Shown here: positions 48,981-59,186 of the stretch, piece after piece | Numbering within the stretch: position 1 is the first letter of the stretch | Layout of the letters: every line of letters starts with the position of its first letter | Source: Planctomycetota bacterium | Lineage (GTDB): Bacteria; Planctomycetota; UBA1135; UBA2386 | Direction: 5' to 3' | Length of the DNA stretch: 64,000 bases | Assembly: GCA_965223545.1 (NCBI GenBank) | Contig: OZ245006.1 | Span: forward strand, 736,001 to 800,000 | Notes under the pieces: model-generated | Database searches by the model: none | What the model saw: the letters and a program-made list of their open reading frames with translations, nothing else | What the model was told of the DNA's origin: nothing | Made by a program: the position numbers and the translations under genes

Positions 48981-50033
48981 TCAGTTCCTCACGCGGTCGT
49001 CGACGAAGAAGCCGAACTGCACGCGGACGATCTGCGCGATGAGCGACCGCGTCCAGGACGCCGCGGTGTGCTCCACCGCGATCACGTCCCCCGGCTTGAT
49101 CTGCAGCGCCGAGGCCGCGACCAGGCCATCGCCGGCGATCGAGAAGGTCGCGGGCAAGATCGTGCCGTCGGCATCGCGGCGGAAGACGGTGGCGAACGGT
49201 GGATCGGCGATCAGATCGACGCCGCCGGCGAACGCCAACGCCTGCATCAGGTTGTAGTCGGTCTCCGGCGGATACGGGTAGGCGCCGGGGTTCTGGACCA
49301 GGCCGACGATGGTGAAGGTGTCGGGCTCGTAGCGCTCGACCTCGATGGTCTCCCCGCCGTACAGCCCGACGTCGGCGAACGGGATGTTGAGGCCGCGCAC
49401 CGGCAGCACGACGTCTTCCACGCCGGCGCCGTCGGCACGCCGCACGCGGATGCGCCGCGCGCCGACGATCAAGTTGTTGGGCTTGAGGATGCCACCCGCC
49501 GCCGCCAGCGCGCCATACAGCGACAGCTGGTTGCTGCGCAGCTCGTGCACTCCGGGCTGCTCGACGGCGCCGACCACGTTGACGGGAAGCGTGTGGTGCT
49601 CTTGCACGCGCACGACTACCGAAGGCCGCCGCACCAACACCGACGGGTAGACCGCCTCGACGATGGCCCGCTCGACGTCCAGCACCGTCTTGCCCCGCGC
49701 CTTCACGCGGCCCGCCGCACCGACGTGGACGAAACCCTCGTCGTCGACGCGGACCGCGCGGCTCAGCTCGCCCGCCGCCTGGGCATCGTCCGCCGGAGTG
49801 GCGAACAGCCCCCAGGGGCCGGTCACCTCGAGGAGGTCACCGGCCACCAAGCGGTAGCGCCCGGGCGATGGCAGCCCGCGGGCGAGCTCCTCGCGATCCA
49901 GCTCGAGCTCGACCGGGCCAGCGTTGAGGAAGCGGCGCAGCTCGTCCTCGTCGAGGGGGTAGCGCGGCGCGGCGCAGGCGGCGAGCCCGGCCAACAGCAC
50001 GGCCACGGTGGTTGCGAATCGCGGCATGCTCAT
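48981..50033 (-). CDS. Polysaccharide export (OPX/Wza-like) lipoprotein with SLBB domains
   Basis: Lipobox LAAC; YRL..GD.L.V, VRVDDEG, VVGAVEQPG, ALAAAGG, IKPGDVI.V. Confidence 0.85.
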   Translation of the reverse strand: MSMPRFATTVAVLLAGLAACAAPRYPLDEDELRRFLNAGPVELELDREELARGLPSPGRYRLVAGDLLEVTGPWGLFATPADDAQAAGELSRAVRVDDEGFVHVGAAGRVKARGKTVLDVERAIVEAVYPSVLVRRPSVVVRVQEHHTLPVNVVGAVEQPGVHELRSNQLSLYGALAAAGGILKPNNLIVGARRIRVRRADGAGVEDVVLPVRGLNIPFADVGLYGGETIEVERYEPDTFTIVGLVQNPGAYPYPPETDYNLMQALAFAGGVDLIADPPFATVFRRDADGTILPATFSIAGDGLVAASALQIKPGDVIAVEHTAASWTRSLIAQIVRVQFGFFVDDRVRN

Positions 50034-51922
50034 CGGTCTCCCGCGTCGCGGCTGCGGGCGTAGTCGAAGTCGGTCAGGACGTACTGGTCGTCGGCGAGCC
50101 CGCGCGGCAGCGCACCGTAGGCGCCGACGCCGAGTCCCAGATCCCGATGGCGCGGCAGCTGGTTGAGTACGGTCCCCAGCAGCGGCACGCGCGCCGCGCG
50201 CATCACTTCGCTGGCGGCGGCGACGCGGTCGCTGGTGCTGCGGCCAGCCCGCGCGACCAGGATCGCCGCGTCGCAGTGGCTCGCCAACACGCGCGCGTCG
50301 GCCTGCCCGAGCACGGGCGGGGCATCGATGATGACCCGGTCGTAGTCGCTCTTGAGGTTCTGCACCACGCGGGAGAACCGGGCGGTGTGCAGCAGCTCCG
50401 GCGAGTTCGGCCGGATGCCGCCCGCCGAAAGCACGTCCAGGCGGCGCACCGCGGTATCGATGATGACGGCGTCGGGGTTGGCGCGACCGATCAACAGCTC
50501 GACCAAACCGATCTCGGCGGCGGCACCGAGCTCGAACAAGCGCCGCTGGCCGGGCATCCGCAAGTTGGCGTCCAGCAGCAGAACGCGTTCGCCGGAGCGG
50601 GCGAACGCGATCGCCAGCCCGGCCGCCACCAGCGACGCCCCATCGCGCCGATCCGGCGCGGCGACGACCAACGACTGGCCGACGCTGCCGGGCGCCGCCG
50701 AGACGACCGCGGCGCGCACGGCCCGCATCGCCTCGGCGTAGTCCGACGAGGAAAACCAAGTCGCCACCGCCGAACGCGCCTTGACGCGCACCACCGGCAC
50801 GCCGCCCAAGACGCGGATCCCGGTCGCGGAGAACAACCCGCGCGGACTGCGCACCCGCCGATCGAGAGAGCCGCCCAAGAACGCGGCCACGGTCGCCAAG
50901 ACGAGCCCCAGCAGCAGACAGATCGCCACCAGCACGGTCTTGGATACCGCCACCGTCGCGGTGCGCGGCGCGGCCTCCTCGAGGACCCGGATCACGCCGA
51001 GCGCGCCGTCGTGGCCGGTCGTCGGTGCAGTCAAGCTGAAGTCCAGCACGCGCTGGTGCAGCGCGTCGGACAGCCCGCGGGCCTGATCGACGCGCATGCG
51101 CTGCACCTCGGCGTCGAAGAAGCCGTCCGCCGACTCGGTGACCCCCGTCGAAAGGCGCTGCTGCAGGTCGGCGATCGATGCGTCCAGGCCGCGGATCACA
51201 TCGTGGTCGGCGGTGAGCTCGGCCGACAACGCGCGGCGGCGGTCCTGCAGCCGCAGCAGCTCGCGCCGCGTCTCCAGCTGCAACGCGTCCTCGGGCCCGG
51301 CGCCCCCGGGCGGCACGGCGTCCGGGTGCTCGGCCAGGGTCTCCAGCAGACGCTCTTGCTCCTCGCGCAAGCGCCCTTCCTGCCGCGCCAGCTCGTCGAC
51401 CAACCGCTCCTGCCGCTCGCCCAGCAGCTGCCGGTGCGCCGCCTCGCACTGCGCGCGGTACACCTCGACGATGCGGTTGATCACCCGGCACGCCTCGTCG
51501 CGGTGCGGCGACGTCATCGCCAGCGTGATCAAGCCGTCGTCGCCGCCGACGTCGACGGACACGTTCTTCTTCAACCAGGTGAGGTGGTTGTCCTCACCGG
51601 CGAGCAGCGCGCCGTCGCCGATCGCCGGCTCCTCCAGCACCGTCTCCAGCACCGAGCGGGCGGTCAGCTTGGCGGCGTGCGCGGCATTGACCGCGGCGGC
51701 GTCGGCCGCGGTCAACACCGGCCCTTGGCCGGTGGAGTTGGCGATGCCCAGATCGGTCTCGACGACCGACTGCACCCGCCACACGGGAGGCGTGGTGCTG
51801 ACGAACAGCAACCCGCCGGCGGCGACGAGGATCAACACGCCGATCGCCCACCAGCGGCCGCGCCACAGGGTGGCGACCAACTCGGTGAACGTCAGCTCGT
51901 TGGGTAGAGCGCGGGAGTCCAA
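50030..51922 (-). CDS. Polysaccharide co-polymerase/BY-kinase (Wzc-like) with degenerate Walker A
   Basis: Two TMs flanking a coiled-coil periplasmic domain; EAMRAVR, VLLLDANLRMP, VIIDAPP, GTVLN; Tyr-containing tail. Confidence 0.85.
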   Translation of the reverse strand: MDSRALPNELTFTELVATLWRGRWWAIGVLILVAAGGLLFVSTTPPVWRVQSVVETDLGIANSTGQGPVLTAADAAAVNAAHAAKLTARSVLETVLEEPAIGDGALLAGEDNHLTWLKKNVSVDVGGDDGLITLAMTSPHRDEACRVINRIVEVYRAQCEAAHRQLLGERQERLVDELARQEGRLREEQERLLETLAEHPDAVPPGGAGPEDALQLETRRELLRLQDRRRALSAELTADHDVIRGLDASIADLQQRLSTGVTESADGFFDAEVQRMRVDQARGLSDALHQRVLDFSLTAPTTGHDGALGVIRVLEEAAPRTATVAVSKTVLVAICLLLGLVLATVAAFLGGSLDRRVRSPRGLFSATGIRVLGGVPVVRVKARSAVATWFSSSDYAEAMRAVRAAVVSAAPGSVGQSLVVAAPDRRDGASLVAAGLAIAFARSGERVLLLDANLRMPGQRRLFELGAAAEIGLVELLIGRANPDAVIIDTAVRRLDVLSAGGIRPNSPELLHTARFSRVVQNLKSDYDRVIIDAPPVLGQADARVLASHCDAAILVARAGRSTSDRVAAASEVMRAARVPLLGTVLNQLPRHRDLGLGVGAYGALPRGLADDQYVLTDFDYARSRDAGDR

Positions 51923-52003
51923 GAGGGGAGTTTCGGGTTCGGGGAGCCTTCGGAGTTCTCTTCGGCGGCCGGCGGCACGGGGCTTGAAGATGGCGAACCG
52001 CGC

Positions 52004-52031
52004 AGCCTACCCCAGCCGCCGCCGGTGCCAA
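52004..52031 (-). promoter_or_regulatory. Promoter candidate TTGGCA-N16-TAGGCT upstream of the wzc-like gene
   Basis: Minus-strand hexamers in the 135-bp intergenic gap; GGTAGGCT recurs upstream of the dehydratase gene. Confidence 0.35.
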
Positions 52032-52057
52032 GCCAGGACACCGGTCGGGCGCCGTCT

Positions 52058-54115
52058 TCAGGCCGATGCGCCGGCGGGCACGGCGCCCGCGCTGTCTGCG
52101 CTGCCGCGACCACCGCGTTCCGGCTGGTACTCCGGGAGCACGGCGGCCAGGGCACGCCGGAGATCGTCCGCCGCTTGCCCGGGCGCACCCAGCTCGGCGA
52201 CCACCTCTTCGATGTTGCGGTGGAACGATGCCTGCCCGCGCCACACGAACACCTTCTGGCAACGCGTCGCGTCGACCAATTCGTCGGTGAAGCCGAGCTC
52301 TTCGTACATTTTCTCACCCGGGCGAATGCCGGTGAACTGAATCTCGACGTCGACGCCCGGCTCGAGGCCGGACAGTCGAATCATCTGCTCGGCCAAGTCG
52401 ACGATGCGCACCGGCTCGCCCATGTCGAGCACCATGACGTCGCCCCCCTGCGCCAAGCCGGCCGCTTCGAGCACCAGCCGCGACGCCTCGGGAATCGTCA
52501 TCACGAAGCGCGTCATGTCTTGGTGCGTGACCGTCACCGGCCCACCCTTCGCGATCTGCTCGCGGAACAGCGGAATCACGCTTCCCGCCGAGCCGAGCAC
52601 GTTGCCGAAGCGCACCGCGACGAAACGCGTGCTGCTGCTGCGCTGCAGGTGCTGGACGTAGAGCTCGGCGAGGCGCTTGGTCGCGCCCATCACCGAGGTC
52701 GGGTTGACCGCCTTGTCGGTGGAGATCTGCACGAAGCGCTCGGCGCCGTACTCGTGCGCCAAGTCGGCCACTTGCTTGGAGCCGAGCAGGTTGTTCTTGA
52801 TCGCCTCGCCCGGATTGGCCTCCATCATCGGCACGTGCTTGTGCGCCGCCGCGTGGAACACGATCTGCGGCCGGTGCTGCTCGAACACCGCCCGCATCCG
52901 CGCGGCATCGCCGATGCTGCCGATCATCGGCACGATCTCGGTCTGCAGCGCCTTGGCCGACAGCTCGCGGTCGATGTGGAACAGGTTGTTCTCGCAGCTC
53001 TCGACCAGCACCAGCCGCCGTGGCGCCAGCGCCAACAGCTGGCGGCACAGCTCCGAGCCGATGCTGCCGCCGGCGCCGGTGACCAACACGATCTTGTCCG
53101 GCACGATCTTCTCGGCCGCCGAGTCCTCGATCACCACCGGCTCGCGCCCCAGCAAGTCCTCGATGGCGACGTCGCGCATCTGCGAGATGCTGAAGCGCCC
53201 GCTCAGCAGGTCGTGCAGCGCCGGAATGATCTTGGCTTTGAGCCCAGCCGCTTCGCACTCGGCAGTGATCCGCTTGACCAGATCACCGCGCGCACCGGCG
53301 ATGGCGATCAACGCCACTTCCGCCCCGGTGCGCTTGGCGACCCGATGCAGATCACCGACCCGTCCCTGCACCGGGATGCCGTGCACGGCGCGCCCCTGCT
53401 TCTTCGGGTCATCGTCGAGGAACGCGACCGGGACCAGGCCGACGTCGGCGCGGCGCTCGAGCTCGCGCGCGAGCAGGTGCCCGGCGTGACCGGCGCCGAT
53501 GAGGATCGCGGGAACGACGCGGCCGCGCTGGATGCGGTGCCGCAACAACCCGCGCTCGATCTGCATGCGCCGCACGACGCGGATCCCCGCGATCCCCAAC
53601 AACATGAGGACCGCGTCGATCGCGATCACGCCGAGCGGCAGCGCGGTGGCCGAGAGCCCCAGCGGCAGCTGCTGGCCCGCGACCGAGAAGCGCAGCACGG
53701 TGAGCACCAACACCGAGGCCGCGGTTCCGTACATCACCGGCGGCAGCTCGCGCAGACTGACGAGGCTCCAGGGGCAACGCGTCACGCCGAAGGCCCACAA
53801 CGCCAGAAACTGCCCCCCGATCACCCACGGCATCGCCTGCCAGAGCTGCTCGGCGTAGCGCGGCTCCAGCTGCCAGTCGAAGCGGAACAGGAACGCCAGA
53901 CACAACGCCACCGCCAACACCGCCAGGTCGACCAGCGCGCGCAGCGGCGGCGCCATCATCGTCGGCACGTAGTAGTACAACGGCGACCGGCTCGGCCGGC
54001 CACCGGGGGATTCGTCGACCGGGCCGCCCAGATCGATCCGACGCACCGCCCGCGCCGAGGGAATCCACGGAGCCCCGGAGGTCCGTTCTTCTTCTTGGGT
54101 TGTTCCGCGCTTCAT
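52058..54115 (-). CDS. Membrane-anchored UDP-GlcNAc 4,6-dehydratase (PglF/WbpM/CapD family)
   Basis: Four N-terminal TMs; IGAG.AG, TGAGGSIGSEL, FHAAAHKHVP, STDKAVNPTSVMGATK, VRFGNVLGS, RPGEK. Start uncertain (54115 or 53959). Confidence 0.92.
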   Translation of the reverse strand: MKRGTTQEEERTSGAPWIPSARAVRRIDLGGPVDESPGGRPSRSPLYYYVPTMMAPPLRALVDLAVLAVALCLAFLFRFDWQLEPRYAEQLWQAMPWVIGGQFLALWAFGVTRCPWSLVSLRELPPVMYGTAASVLVLTVLRFSVAGQQLPLGLSATALPLGVIAIDAVLMLLGIAGIRVVRRMQIERGLLRHRIQRGRVVPAILIGAGHAGHLLARELERRADVGLVPVAFLDDDPKKQGRAVHGIPVQGRVGDLHRVAKRTGAEVALIAIAGARGDLVKRITAECEAAGLKAKIIPALHDLLSGRFSISQMRDVAIEDLLGREPVVIEDSAAEKIVPDKIVLVTGAGGSIGSELCRQLLALAPRRLVLVESCENNLFHIDRELSAKALQTEIVPMIGSIGDAARMRAVFEQHRPQIVFHAAAHKHVPMMEANPGEAIKNNLLGSKQVADLAHEYGAERFVQISTDKAVNPTSVMGATKRLAELYVQHLQRSSSTRFVAVRFGNVLGSAGSVIPLFREQIAKGGPVTVTHQDMTRFVMTIPEASRLVLEAAGLAQGGDVMVLDMGEPVRIVDLAEQMIRLSGLEPGVDVEIQFTGIRPGEKMYEELGFTDELVDATRCQKVFVWRGQASFHRNIEEVVAELGAPGQAADDLRRALAAVLPEYQPERGGRGSADSAGAVPAGASA

Positions 54116-54427
54116 CGTTGCAAGAGGGGCGACCTGCCGAGAGGCCAGGCGTTCCCCGAAGTGGACCGGTGTTATCCGCAAACCGGGAGCCTTTCGGCGC
54201 GGCACCGCGACCACCGGTGCCCTCCGGTGGTCGGGCGGGTAGCCTACCCAATCCTCGGCACGCCCGGGGCCAGGGCGCACCCCCCATTTCGGCCTCGGGA
54301 TTGGCCCGAGGCGCCATCCTAGCCGCAGCCTACCTCAAACGCCGCTCCCACGGCAGTTTCCGCGCCGGTTCCATGTTGCGGCCCACCGTCTTTGTTTGCG
54401 ACTTGCCTCCGGCCGCCTCCGGCGGAG

Positions 54428-55582
54428 TCAGCACCGACTCCAGATGGCGGCCGCTGCGGCGGCAAGCGAGTCGTCTTCACGCACCCGGACCACATGCATC
54501 AGCGGGTCGACCGCTTGAACGGCACCGCGATCGGAGGCATCGCCGTCCTCGAGCGCCAGGACGAGATCCGCGCCGCGCTCCGGCGCCCCGGCACCCGCGC
54601 TCGGCGCGAGGACCAGGTGTCCCCGCGCGCGCAGCCGCGACGCCCGCCGCCATGGGGTCGAGCCGGAGCCGACGACCGTCGGCCACGCCACGACGTCGAA
54701 CTTCGCAGCGAACAAACCGCGCAAGCCGGACACCAGCGACCGCGCCACCGCCCGATCGCTCGCCCGCACCAAGACCAGCATGCCGCCGGCTGCAGCACTG
54801 CGGGCGCGGACCCATGGCACGCCTTGCAGCCGGAGACCCAATGCCCGCCAGACCAGGCTCAGCTCACGCCCCCAACGCCGCGCCGCCGCCGCCGGCCCCG
54901 TCCACGCGACGTGGTCGGCGAGCGCCCGCCAAGCCACCGCGCGCACGCCGAGCAGCGTGTCGACCCTCAGCTCGCGTGCGGCGGTGCTGACCGCGCGCGC
55001 GCCGTCTGCCCCGAGCCAACTGCGCGCGCAAGCCTCGACCTCGGTCAAGTCGCAGTCGCGCAACAGCGCGTCGAGATCGCCAGCGGTCTTCTCGATCCAC
55101 CGGCGCTGCACCTTCGGCTGCCAACGGTCGCGCCAACGCCACAACACCGCCCGCCGCAGGAGCAGCAAGACCACTTCCATCGCCGGTGCGGCTCCCGACA
55201 CCGACGTGCCCGGGATCGGGCAGCGCGCGGCCAGCACCTCGTGCTCGAACGGCAGGCGCAGCCGGTTGAGACGAGGCTCACCGGCGACCATCCGGTAGTG
55301 GACATGGAAGTGCACGAAGCAGCACTGGGCGGCATCGAACGCGAAGTAGTCCTCGAGGCCCGCATCGGCGCGCAGCGCATGCGTGCGCGGCCGCCGAAAC
55401 CCGCTCGCCAACAACGCCGTCGCCAGCGCGGGCGCGTGCTCCGGCTCGACCAACAGATCGATGTCGCCGCGGCCGGCGAGCCCGTCGGCCAGCCGCCGGG
55501 TACCCCGCCACAGGCAGTACGACACCTCGGCATCGGCGAGGTGGGCGAACGCCATCTCGGCGGGCGAACGGGCATCGCTCAT
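54428..55582 (-). CDS. Hypothetical protein: nucleotidyltransferase-like N-domain plus degenerate P-loop kinase C-domain
   Basis: YCLW...GRGDIDLLV (G-D-x-D), HFHVH. The C-terminus aligns by eye with 59183-60610 but lacks GxGKS. Confidence 0.6.
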   Translation of the reverse strand: MSDARSPAEMAFAHLADAEVSYCLWRGTRRLADGLAGRGDIDLLVEPEHAPALATALLASGFRRPRTHALRADAGLEDYFAFDAAQCCFVHFHVHYRMVAGEPRLNRLRLPFEHEVLAARCPIPGTSVSGAAPAMEVVLLLLRRAVLWRWRDRWQPKVQRRWIEKTAGDLDALLRDCDLTEVEACARSWLGADGARAVSTAARELRVDTLLGVRAVAWRALADHVAWTGPAAAARRWGRELSLVWRALGLRLQGVPWVRARSAAAGGMLVLVRASDRAVARSLVSGLRGLFAAKFDVVAWPTVVGSGSTPWRRASRLRARGHLVLAPSAGAGAPERGADLVLALEDGDASDRGAVQAVDPLMHVVRVREDDSLAAAAAAIWSRC

Positions 55583-57054
55583 GCTTTCCCCCCGGCCGAA
55601 CGGCGCCGCAGCTTCGACGAGAGCCACATCCCCGACTGGCCCAGGACGGGCGCGGGCGCCAGGCGCGCGGCGATCGCCACCGGCACCCCGACGCCGGCAA
55701 GCGTGCCCATGAGCACGCCGAGCGGCGACCACGCCGCCGAGCGGAACAGGGTGGCCAGCAGCCAGCCGCCGGTGACGACCGGCGCGGCCAACAGCAGGCC
55801 GTGCACGTGCCACGAGGCGAACACCGACCACCGGATCTGCAGCGCTGCCAAGCTCATCTGGGCCATCACCAGGTAGTTCGCGATGATCGCCACGCCGATC
55901 CCCGCCGCCACTCCAGCGACACCGAACCCGGTGCCCGCCAGCGCTCCGGCGACGACGAGCGCGGTGAACAGCGCCAGCCGCGCGGACCGCTCGTAGACCT
56001 TGCCGGTCGCGCGCGCCAGCGAATCGCTGATCTTGTAGCCGGTGCGGAACACGAGCACCGCAGCCAAGATCTGGAACGGCAGCACCGCGGCATCCCAACC
56101 CGGGCCGAGCACGACCCGCACACACTCCGGGCCGAGCACGACCCCGAGACCACCGGCGGCGGTCATCAGCGACGCGACCAAGCCGATGCCGCGGGAATAC
56201 GTCTCCGCCAACCGTTCGCGGTCGTCTTGAAAGCGCGCCATCATCGGAAACAGCACCCGGTCGAGCACTTCGCCGACGTACATCGCCGGCATCGTCATCA
56301 GCTGGTGTGCGCGGCCGTAGACGCCGAGATCGACCGCGGTCATGCACCGGCCGATGACGACGCGGTCCGCCTGCCCCGCCGAGTACGCGAACAGCCGGCT
56401 GAGCATGAACCCCCCGCCGAAGTACATCAGCTCCGCGGTCGGGCGCCGGCGCGGCAGGATGCCACGCGGATGCGGCCGCGCCGCCACCAGCACGACCGAT
56501 TTGACCGCGGCCTGCGCCAGCTCGGCCGCGGCCAAAGACCAGATTCCGGCACCCGCCATCGCCAGCCCGATGCCGACCGGCATGTACACCGCGGTGAACG
56601 AGAGCAGCTCCGACAGGGCGATGGGGCGCAGCTCCAGATCGCGCTGCAGCAGCGCTTCGGGCACCACGCTCGGCGCCTGCAGCAGGATGGCGAACGCCAT
56701 CCAGCGCAGCAGCTCGAGCAACGACGGCATCTCAAACCACGCCGCGACGGCCGGCGCGCCGATCCACATCGCCGCGACGAACAAGAGCGCGCCGTGCGCC
56801 GACAGCGCGAACGCCGTGCGCACGTGCTCCTCGCCGATCGCGCCACGCTGCACCAGCGCCGGCCCGACCACGACCTGACTCAGCAGGCGGCCGAGACCGA
56901 CCAGCACCCGCGCCGCGGTCACCACGCCGAGCTCGGCAGGGGTCAGGTAGCGGGCCAGCACCGCCAGCAGGACGAACTGGCCGAGACCCTGCGAGCCGAA
57001 CCCCACCGCGGCCCAGGCGAGCCAGCGGACCCCCTTGGAAGGGCCCGCGCTCAA
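55579..57054 (-). CDS. Polysaccharide flippase (Wzx/PST family)
   Basis: LARYLTP.ELG, ALVQR, LLQRDL, GIWSL, D..VIGR, LGVY.RA, LFP; about 12-14 TM. Start approximate. Confidence 0.88.
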   Translation of the reverse strand: MSAGPSKGVRWLAWAAVGFGSQGLGQFVLLAVLARYLTPAELGVVTAARVLVGLGRLLSQVVVGPALVQRGAIGEEHVRTAFALSAHGALLFVAAMWIGAPAVAAWFEMPSLLELLRWMAFAILLQAPSVVPEALLQRDLELRPIALSELLSFTAVYMPVGIGLAMAGAGIWSLAAAELAQAAVKSVVLVAARPHPRGILPRRRPTAELMYFGGGFMLSRLFAYSAGQADRVVIGRCMTAVDLGVYGRAHQLMTMPAMYVGEVLDRVLFPMMARFQDDRERLAETYSRGIGLVASLMTAAGGLGVVLGPECVRVVLGPGWDAAVLPFQILAAVLVFRTGYKISDSLARATGKVYERSARLALFTALVVAGALAGTGFGVAGVAAGIGVAIIANYLVMAQMSLAALQIRWSVFASWHVHGLLLAAPVVTGGWLLATLFRSAAWSPLGVLMGTLAGVGVPVAIAARLAPAPVLGQSGMWLSSKLRRRSAGGKA

Positions 57055-57206
57055 CGCCCGCCCCCACCGAGTGGCCAGACCGCTCGCCCGGGGACGGCCG
57101 CCCCCACGGCAGCTTGCGCTTGCCACCCGCCGATGCCGATGACACAGTCGGGACGCTGCCCTGGCGCGGCGCCCCGCGGGGCTGCCAAGCCCGCCGAGAA
57201 CACGCC

Positions 57207-58442
57207 ATGCACACCGCCGTCGCCGTCATCACCATGATCACCATGGTGCTGTTGCCGCTGCAGTGCGTGGAGCTGCCGCTCAACACCTCGATCCTCGACT
57301 GGTGGAACGCGGCGACGCTGCCGTTGCTGCTGGCCTGGCTGCTGCGCGGCGACCGCCCGGTGCACTTGCCGCTGTTCACCTGCAACGTGCTGATCTGGGT
57401 GTCGGCCCTGGTCGCCAGCTGCGTGTCGCTGTTCCCGACGATGGGGCTCGTCGCCACCATCAAGGAGATCTATCTCTACGCGTGGTTCGTCACCCTGGTC
57501 GGCGTGTTCGCGTACCTCGAGCCGCGCTGGCAACAGCGCATCCTCGCGGTCTGGGTCACGGTCGCTTGCGGCCACGGTCTGTTGATCCTCGCGCAATTCG
57601 AGAGCCCGGCTCTGCTCGACGCAATGAATGCCCGGCTGCGCGGCATCGGTCATCTCGACCCGCACCGACCGTCGGGGCTGATCAACAACTGCAACGCCGC
57701 CGCGGTCTACCAGCTGATGGCGTTCCCGGCGGTGATGATGTGGCGCACTCCGGTCTGGCTGCGCGTCGGCGCCCTCGCGGTGCTGTCGCTCAGCTTGGTC
57801 GGCACGGGTTCGATGGGCGCGCTCGCTGCCGCGATCGCCGGTGCCGCGTTCGGCCTTGCGCTGATTCCAATGCTGTACCGCGACTGGGCGCTGACGATGC
57901 GCTGCATCGTCGCCGCGCTGGTCGGCGGCGCAGTGCTGCTCGGCGTCGGCGCGGTCTGGCTGAGCAACGACCCGGAGCTGGCAGCCCAGCTCGAGGCCAT
58001 GCTGTTCGGCCGCACCGACCGCTCGGCCGGCAGCCGGTTCGAGCTCTGGGGCGCGGGGCTGGCCCTGTGGGCAGAGGGCGGCCACGTGCTCGGCATCGGC
58101 CCGGAAACCTATTGGCAGATCGCGCACAAGGAGCTGCACAACGACGCCATCGCGTTCACCGTCGAACGCGGCATCCTCGGCGTGATCGCGGTGGTCGCAC
58201 TGCCCTCGGTCGTCCTGGTGCGCGCCTTCCACGCCGTGCGGCTGGCGCCGGGAGAACGCGCGCGGCTGGTGTTTCCAGCACTGGTCGTCGCCGCAGTGGT
58301 CGAGTCGCTGACCCACGAGATCCTGCACTGGCGCCAGCTCTGGCTGGCGCTCGCACTGATGGAGGGAGTCATCGCCAGGCACGCGGTGGTCCAGCGCTCC
58401 GCCGGACCGCAACGGTGGCAACTGTCGCCGTCGCCCGCCTGA
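57207..58442 (+). CDS. O-antigen ligase/Wzy polymerase family protein
   Basis: R.SGLINN.N, TGSMG, SRFELW, LGIGP, HN......VERG.LG; multi-TM. Confidence 0.8.
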   Translation: MHTAVAVITMITMVLLPLQCVELPLNTSILDWWNAATLPLLLAWLLRGDRPVHLPLFTCNVLIWVSALVASCVSLFPTMGLVATIKEIYLYAWFVTLVGVFAYLEPRWQQRILAVWVTVACGHGLLILAQFESPALLDAMNARLRGIGHLDPHRPSGLINNCNAAAVYQLMAFPAVMMWRTPVWLRVGALAVLSLSLVGTGSMGALAAAIAGAAFGLALIPMLYRDWALTMRCIVAALVGGAVLLGVGAVWLSNDPELAAQLEAMLFGRTDRSAGSRFELWGAGLALWAEGGHVLGIGPETYWQIAHKELHNDAIAFTVERGILGVIAVVALPSVVLVRAFHAVRLAPGERARLVFPALVVAAVVESLTHEILHWRQLWLALALMEGVIARHAVVQRSAGPQRWQLSPSPA

Positions 58443-58460
58443 CGCGGTGGCCACCCGCAT

Positions 58461-59186
58461 CTAAACCGCGGTCCCCGAAGCCTTCGGAGCCAGCGCTCCC
58501 ACCCTGTCAGCCAGCCGGGCAGCCTCCCGCTCCAGACTCACCGGCGCGCCGTTGTCGACCACCGTCAACGGCACTCCGGTGTCGCGACCCAGGGCGACGA
58601 CGCGAGTCAGCAGCGCCGCGCACCGGCTCAGGATCTGCGGATCTCGATCCAGCTGGCGATCCACCCGCGAATCGCGCTCCGGCCGGGCGCGGATGCGCGC
58701 CTCGACCAGCGCCAAATCGACCTCGACGAACACGAACAGGTCGGGCAGCGGCGTCGCCAACACCGGCGAGCTCAGCACTTGCAGCGCCCGGTCGGCGTCG
58801 CCCTCAAGCGCCAACGACAGCACCGCCTGCAGCAATCCCTGGTCGAAGAAGTGGATACCGCCCCGCCTCTGCGCGCGACGGGTCAGGCCGCGCACCAGCC
58901 AGAGATTGAACAACAACTTCGCGCCCGAACGCGTCGTCGGCTGGCGGGTCGAGCGCACGAACGACCACGCTTGCAGCGATCGGCGGGGGTGCCGCATCAG
59001 CTCGACAGCCACGTGGCCGAGCTTGGCGAGGACTCGTAGGGGACGCCTTCTACCGTGCGCGAGGTGGTAGCAGGTCTGGTCGACCACGACGCCACGGGCG
59101 GCGAGCTCGCGGGCCGCGGCCCGCGATAGCGCCGACTTGCCGGAGCCCGGCATGCCGACGAACTCGACGCAGACGCCGCGCGTCAT
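58461..59186 (-). CDS. P-loop nucleoside-monophosphate-kinase-like protein
   Basis: VEFVGMPGSGKS, FFDQG, PDLFVFVEVD...RIRAR. Confidence 0.7.
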   Translation of the reverse strand: MTRGVCVEFVGMPGSGKSALSRAAARELAARGVVVDQTCYHLAHGRRRPLRVLAKLGHVAVELMRHPRRSLQAWSFVRSTRQPTTRSGAKLLFNLWLVRGLTRRAQRRGGIHFFDQGLLQAVLSLALEGDADRALQVLSSPVLATPLPDLFVFVEVDLALVEARIRARPERDSRVDRQLDRDPQILSRCAALLTRVVALGRDTGVPLTVVDNGAPVSLEREAARLADRVGALAPKASGTAV

